Shown in pieces: positions 56,896 to 64,000 of a DNA stretch of 64,000 nt. Below the pieces are notes generated by a model. It was not told the origin of the DNA. It made no database searches and saw only the letters and a program-made list of their open reading frames with translations. Position 1 is the first letter of the stretch. Each line of letters begins with the position of its first letter. The stretch is from Octopus bimaculoides (Eukaryota): NCBI RefSeq assembly GCF_001194135.2, contig NC_069007.1, forward strand, positions 22,374,599 through 22,438,598, read 5' to 3'. The translations under genes were made by a program, and so were the position numbers.

Positions 56896-58104
56896 CAATG
56901 TTGATGTCACAACTCTTTTTCAGGACTTTCTTCTCTTTACTACAGCAGCGTTTCCCTCCACACCATTTCTATCCGCGTTTCTTTTAATAGAAACATAATA
57001 AAGCTATTCATATCCAACTACATCCAGCTTAGTGCAGAGTATCACCTCTTTTGATATAGTAAAACTCAAGAGACATGGAATGCGCCAAAATTGCAATAAT
57101 TACCACACTATTGCTTGATAACCAACACATTGTCCCATTAACTCATGGTACCTTAAGAAGAATACTATCTATTCTTAATAAGCCGACGGTGCGCACACCA
57201 TTCCATCATTCTGTGTCTTGAACTGCTGCATAACTCACTAATATTCCAATATTCTTCTAATATTAATTCACGAGTGAGGATTTCATTTTGAGGAACAATA
57301 AGTTGTTGTGCAGCCGGTCTTCCACGAGGCATTTTCGATCTCTCAACCGCTGGTACTCTGATATTCAATCACTTGTGTGATTTATTTATAAACAAAGTAG
57401 TCCGGATAACTGCTAAGACGTTCAGTTACTTCCCTTGAATATTTTTATTTATTTTTTACCCACCTCCTAAACTTAAAGATTACCCAAAACGTAAACAATG
57501 TCTCCGAGCAGCACATGGTATCACCATAACTTGAAAAGAAGTTTAGAATCTTCCACTGCCTTGGAAATACCCATCTCTCTTTGGAAAAACTAGATAAGTA
57601 TCTTTGTGTTCTTTTTTTTCTGTCGTTTATTGAAAGCTTATTATTCTTAGGGAAAATAGAAGGTTAAATGTACATAAGGTGTTTTCTGTTTTGCTTTTGA
57701 CTTACGAGATTATTGTAGAGAGGTTTAACTTTCATTATTCCTGATTTAAGAGAATTTCTTTCTTTAGTTACAGATATATAACTGTTTGTTCCTTTATTTA
57801 TTTATTTTTCCCTATCCAAGTCGAATCCTTCTCTAGAGTTTGCATAACTTCTCTCTCTCGCTCTCTTCTCCATCATACCGTCTTTTTTCCCCTTTCTCTA
57901 TTGCTTCTCTCTAAATACGTAGATACACTCTCGATCTTTTTACTTTATTCCATCATCCCATAATTCTTCTCTCAGACCCTTAATCTCTCTTCTACTGTTC
58001 TCTCTTTTTCTCTCTCTTTCTCTTTACTTTTCTCCATCGCACCGTCCTTCTCTCAGCCTCTCAAGCTCCCTAAATACAGTATATATATGTAGGTGTGTGT
58101 TTTG

Positions 58105-58290
58105 TGTATATATATACTCTCGGATCACAACATGGTAGAGCTGACCATGTACGGACCAAAGGAAACCATGGACATGCAGCCTACAAGAAACTCTCAGAAT
58201 CTTTCCAATTTGAACTTCCATAAGGCAAACTGGAAACAAATTGAGAAAGAGATCCTCAAACAAAACTGGCCTAAATGTCTCTCCTCACCG
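58105..58290 (+). mobile_element. CR1/L2-like LINE fragment (end of APE domain and linker)
   Basis: LSDHNMVELT..LNFHKANWKQIEKEILKQNW. Confidence 0.7.
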
Positions 58291-59797
58291 GACATCATCA
58301 CCATCATTATCATCATCATTTAACACCTGTTTTCCATGCTGACATGGATTGGACAGTTTGACAGGAGCTGGCCTGCTGGAGAACTGTACCAGGCTCCGAT
58401 TGTCTGTTTTGGTATGGTTTCTACAACTGGATGTCAACCACTCTAGAGTGTACTGAATGCTTTTCACGTGGCACCAGCTCTGGTTCTAATTCAGTGAAGG
58501 AACCTCCTCCTCCAAAAAAAGGTTTACATCCCAGCTCAACCAATTGTGTATGGTTTAGCGGTTAGGGTGTTTGGTTTGCATTTGCAAGATCATGAGTTCA
58601 ATTCTCAGCAGCATTTAGTGTCCTTGAGCAAGAATTATTATTTCAAATTGCTCCAGTTCACTCAGCTGGAAAAAGTGAGTTGTACCTGTATCTCAAAGGA
58701 CTGGTCTTGTCACACTGAATCTCCCTGAGAACTATGTCATGGGCACGTGTGTTTGGGGACTGCTCAGTCCCTTGCCGATAATTTCACAAGCAGAATGTTC
58801 TGTTGATCAGATCAATCGGAACACTCATCATCATAACCAACAGAGTGCCAGCTACTCAGCGGACACAATAAGAAGGAAGAGATTTACTCAATCAGTTCTG
58901 ACCTGGGGCTAAACAACAACAGCAATAACACAACAAAACAAACTCTTCCCCATCAAAAAACAAATAGAAAACAAATAACAGCAATAAATTAATATTTGTA
59001 GAATAAATGCTGCCAAATTTTATATAATATTTATAATAGGATTCCATTTATGTCGGATCAACAGTGGTAAAATATTCTCAATCTTCACAGACATGGCCTG
59101 GGATTTTCTCACATACCCGTGTCGTCATAAATAACTCCTTTTGCTGCAAGAGAGATGAATAATAATTGGTTTCCATGGCATATAATTTTCCCACATGGAT
59201 ACGACGCTGGTCCATCAAAGGATTACTCATTTTTGCCAGCTGAGTGGACTGGATCAACATGAAATGAAGCATTTTGCTCAAGAACACAACACATTGCCCA
59301 GTCCAGGAATCGAAACCACAATCTTCCAATTATGAGTCCAACATCCTAACCACTAAGCCATGCACCTGCACTCTAATTACAGGTACCTCATACTGACTCG
59401 TAACTTGAATAATACAAGTATTAATAAACTTGTATCATTTATATTAATGTCCAGACACCTGTAATTCATTGAACTATTTAAGCAAATTAGAAATTTAATT
59501 TAGAGGCAGGATGGCAAGTTGGCTAAATTGTTAGCATGCTGAGCAAAATGTTTAACAGTGTTTTATCTGTCTTTACATTCTGAGTTCAAATTCCACCAAG
59601 GTCAGCTTTGCCTTTCAGCCTTTCTAGGTCATTGAAATAAATACCAGGTGGGCACTGGGGTCGATACTAGCCCTGTGATATTATAATTTTCTTTGAGTTA
59701 TAATTTCTTATAGTTAAATCATTTTAAATTCTACATATTTCCAACGAACATAATAACACAAAGACAGAGCAAAAAACAAACAAGTGAAAGAACTAAC

Positions 59798-60786
59798 CTC
59801 TTCAGTTGGGAGACAGGGACCAAAAGCCTCAATAAGGAGGGGTTCAGCCATGACAGATGTTCGGTAATCGCTGAATGAGAGTCTGGCATCATGATCGACA
59901 TCCTGCGTCAGCAGAGGAAGATGAACAATGAGATAAAAGGTTAAAATCGAAGACAATAACAAAAATAAATATTCAAATAAAATTATGATGAAGCGGTATC
60001 AAAAAGTTTCCGGAACTAGTTATGTTTCTTAAAAAATAACTTATTTCCCTAAGTTTTAACATCATCTCCTTTGAAATAGTCCCCTTGTGCAGCAATACAC
60101 TGGTCCCAGCATTCCTGCCATTTTTGGAATCCAGCCTGGAAGTAGTTTTCTTTAAGAAAGTCAAGGAGCTTCTGTGATTCACTCTGGACCTCAACAATGG
60201 TGTTAAAATAGTGACCTTTAAGCTGCATTTCCATCTTGGAGAAGAAATGGAGGTTTGCAGATATTAAATCTGGAAAATAGGGCAGGTGCAGAAGCAATAC
60301 CATGTTGTTTTTGGTGAGAAACTCACAAGTGAGGAGAGCTTGGTGACAGGGTGCATCATCATCATCATCATGATGAAGAATCCAACACTTGATGCTCCAA
60401 ACATCCGGTTGCTTTCACCAAATCTCCTCACTCAGATGCTTCAAAACTTCGCAGTAGAACTCTCGATTGACAGTCTGGCCCTGGAGAATGAATTCTCAAT
60501 ACACAATACCACAGATGTCAAAAAAACAAAAACTATGAGCATCCTCTTGATTGAGTTGTGGCTCTGTTGCGCCTTCTTCATTCGTGGAGACGAAGGACTA
60601 TTTTATTGTCATGACTCTCCCCTTGTTTCTTTCTCTGTTCCTTTCTGTGGAAGAGCGTAGGCTCCAAACGTGAAGGACTTTCTCAATTCCCGAGTGTTAT
60701 ACTAATACATCTGTTTGTGTATACTAATACATCTGTTTTCTACTACACCACCTGTCTTCGTCTTTTGTTTTTTCTTTGTGAATTAT

Positions 60787-60830
<44 letters not shown>

Positions 60831-61774
60831 GTGAGTGTGTGTGCCTTTGTGTCTGTGTTTGTCTCCCACCTCAACTTGGCAACCAGTGTTTGTGTACTGA
60901 CATACCCATAAGCTAGCAGTTCAGCAAAAGAAACTGATAGAATAAGTACCAGGTTTTTAACAAAAATGTACTGGAGTCGATTCATTCAGCTAAAGATTCT
61001 TCGAGGCGAGGCCCCAGCATGGCCACACTCTAATGACTGAAAGAAGTAAAAGATAAAAGATAAACAATAGCAATAGTGTATTTACCATTTTCTTCAGCAC
61101 CATATCAACCAGGTCCTTGATTCCTTCGTCGGGATCTTCTTCTGTTGGTTGCTAGGGAATTCGAGACAGAAATGCAAATACTGAACAGAAGAAAAAAAAA
61201 ACAAACTTTGCATGGTTGAGATTGCAATAAATTGCAAACCTCTCCATTTCGAACATCTAGTTCTTATTCTCTCGTCTATATTCACATGTAAAGGTGTGTG
61301 GCCTAGTGGTTACGAAGTTGCATTCACAATCGTTAGATCGTAGGTTCAATTCCCTGACAGTGGTGCATTATGTTCTTGAGCAAAACACTTTGTTTCATGT
61401 TGCTCCAGTCCCCCTTTTGATTGAAAGAGGAATGTTGGCCTCCTCACCTAGCCAGTGGGGGGAGGGGGCATCATTTAAAGGCTAAAACAAAGCAAAAACG
61501 CATTGTGACTAACATCTGATAGCCTGGTCGGTCACCTGATCACGTGATATTCACAATGTACCAGTTTGTTTATGTATGTATATATTCTAATGATGATGAT
61601 AGTAACTATGACAATAACAATGGCTGCAGTGATGGTGACACTGACAATGATGACAACAGCAACAACCAGGAATTGAAACATCATCTCTGACATATGTATG
61701 TGTGTATGTCTGTATCTCCATTTAGTGTTAATTGTTGAGAAAAAGAATACTCAGTGACAGAGTAGAGATTAATA

Positions 61775-61807
<33 letters not shown>

Positions 61808-63327
61808 TAAATCACCAACAAGACATTGCACTGTTATGCACACATAATACATTTGGATATATAACTTATTGTCCCGTGCATATAATGGAGAATCTTGCTT
61901 TCTCATCCATGCTGCTCAAATCAAACCAAACCGAAAAACTAACCTTGATTAAACAGTTCTTCAGCATTTGAAACATTTCTTCTCGGGAAATATAACCATC
62001 ACCGTTGAGGTCATACACATCGAAACAATCTGATGAAAAGCAGTAAAGAACACAGCGTAAGGTATTAGTACACTCTATAAAGTGGTTGGCATTTGGAAGG
62101 ACATCGAGCTGCTGAGATCATGCCAAAACAGACAATTGGAGCATGGTGTAGATCTCTGGCATGCCCGCTCCTGTCAAACCATGCAACTCATGCCAGCATG
62201 GAAAACAGACGTTAAACAACAGTGGTAATGATGACAATAACAAGAAAGTCTCTCTGATTTTAGAATATGTTCACAAGAGGAGACCTGAAGGATTGGTGAC
62301 TGAAGGGTTGGTGAAACAATGTCTTAGAAAACCTGCCCAACTCAAGCCAGAATGGAAAAAATGGGCGTAAAACAATTATCTTTTACCTTTTTCTTGTTCC
62401 AGTCATTAGACTGCGATCATGCTGGGGCACAGCTTGAAGTGCCCCAGCTTATTTTCAAGCCTGATACTTATTCTATCAGTATCTTTTGCTGAACTGTTAA
62501 GTTACAGGAATGTAAACACACCAACACTGGTTGTCGAGTGGTGGTAGGGGAAAAACACAGACACAAAGACACCCAGGATGAAAATGAAAAAGAAAACCAC
62601 TTACAGGCCATCTTCTCTTCATTATTTCCTCTGAGAAAAACAGACAATCCACCTATCCATTCCTCAATGCAGATCCAGCTGTCATTATCTTTATCAAATG
62701 CCCTGAAAACTAAGAGAGGGCCATCATATGAGTTATGGTTATTCATGTGTGATGAATAAAACAGAGGAAATGTAATCAACAACTGATAAACAAATTAAGG
62801 TGGCAAAGCTGGTAGAAGCATTAGCACATTGGGGGTAAATGCTCAACGGCATTTCTCCTGACTCTATATTCTGGCCTTGTCCCAAAATTTGAAATTATTA
62901 TTGTATTTGAGTTTAAAGAAGTAGCAAGGTGGCAGAATTGTTAGAATGCTGGACAAAATGCTTAGCAACATTTCATCCATTTTTATGATTAGAGTTCAAA
63001 TTCCTCCAAGATCAACTTTGCCTTTCATTCTTTCGGGGATCAATAAAATAAGGACTAGTTTAAGCACCGGGGTTGATGAAATTATGTAGCCCTCTCCTCA
63101 AAAACCGTTGGCCTTGTGCCAAAATAAGAAAAGGATATTTCAGTTTAAAGACATACAATCTGTCACAGCAGCCATAAGACTCAGATTTCACATACCTCGA
63201 TCCATTAAAATGTCGTTAGTCATTCCAAATATATACAACAGAATATCCCGGAACCTGATCCTGTCTAGTTTTTTGTCTGTGTAGTGTTGGTACATCTTAA
63301 TAAGGTGATTTGTTTCATAGCGTGAAA
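59798..63327 (-). CDS. EFCAB1: EF-hand calcium-binding protein 1 (calaxin), partial: internal exons only
   Basis: Exons 63327-63196, 62709-62605, 62029-61944, 61151-61086, 59902-59798, GT-AG and in phase. Peptides [95 protein letters not shown] match calaxin. No first coding exon was found before the window end. Confidence 0.92.
59986..60612 (-). mobile_element. Decayed mariner (DD34D-type) transposase 3' half with terminal inverted repeat
   Basis: Translation [68 protein letters not shown], with in-frame stops. TIR-like GAAGCGGTATCAAAAAGTTTCCGG near 59990. Confidence 0.9.
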
Positions 63328-64000
63328 CTGGAAAGATAAACAGAAAATGTTTAACTCTCAGAGGGTCAAACAGAAGAGTTTGATATAACAACAAACCAAT
63401 AAGAGAGCACTTATGTATTCAAACAGCCTACTAGAAATAGCAGTCAAATTTCCTCTCAAATCACACTTCATCATATTAAAAGCAGGAAGACCATTGCGTC
63501 AATTAAAAATCAGTTGTTGATCAATTCTTATACACTGTGGTGTACATCTATAGCCAGGTCACTAATATGTCTCTGAATCCATTATAGGTCAGTTGTTATA
63601 GACCAGTGGTTCCCCACAAAGGTCCCTATAAGATTTTGCTGTTGAAATTTATCTGCAACAAATCAGTTACACTTCTACAATGCACAAAAGATTTCAACAA
63701 TTTTTTTAATACAATTCTTAATAATAACTGGCTCTCTGTGAGTCCCTATGATCAGGGTTCCAGTTGAGCCAAAGAATGGAACAGCCTACTCATGAAATTA
63801 ATGTGCAAGTGGCTGATTATAGAGACGGAGATTGAAGTGGACACACAGTGAATATGAGTTTGGAAGGGAGGGTGAAGGAAATAGGAATGGGTCTGGAAAG
63901 GGGGAGGCGACAAGGGACAACATTAGGGATATAATGTGAAGCACAGCGGGGGTAAATGGTACCATTTACAACACCTGAGCATGCATGTGTGTGTGTGTGT

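Noticed and set aside
58890-59098. Alternative candidate last exon of EFCAB1 (AMSVKIENIL..)
   Set aside because: The acceptor is purine-rich, and the long hydrophobic low-complexity tail is unlike calaxin. It is not fully excluded.

Overview
AT-rich, intron- and SINE-dense eukaryotic DNA. The repeat families and microsatellite load look like an octopod cephalopod; that species call is an inference. Four protein-coding genes were spliced by hand, with reading-frame phase checked at every junction: ALDH9A1 (-, 9 coding exons, 516 aa); a secreted GH18 chitinase with no chitin-binding domain (+, 8 exons, 379 aa); MIOS/GATOR2 (+, 27 coding exons, 846 aa); and EFCAB1/calaxin (-, 5 clear internal exons, 5' end outside the window, last exon uncertain). 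The remainder is tRNA-derived SINEs, RTE/CR1/Dong LINE scraps, Tc1/mariner/hAT/Helentron fragments and microsatellites, with two 10-N gaps. The most interesting signals are: (i) three hammerhead-ribozyme-like motifs of unrelated sequence plus one degenerate one inside host introns, one of them a 97-bp insert with a 12-bp target-site duplication; (ii) in MIOS intron 22, a 33-bp copy of the gene's own stop/3'UTR behind a plausible acceptor, about 400 nt upstream of a sense-strand hammerhead motif; (iii) two U12-type minor introns in MIOS; (iv) a chitinase exon whose acceptor sits directly behind (TA)19 and is flanked by inverted repeats; (v) a 373-bp templated copy shared by MIOS and EFCAB1 introns. 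No database searches or folding computations were run. No true tRNA, rRNA or CRISPR array was seen.
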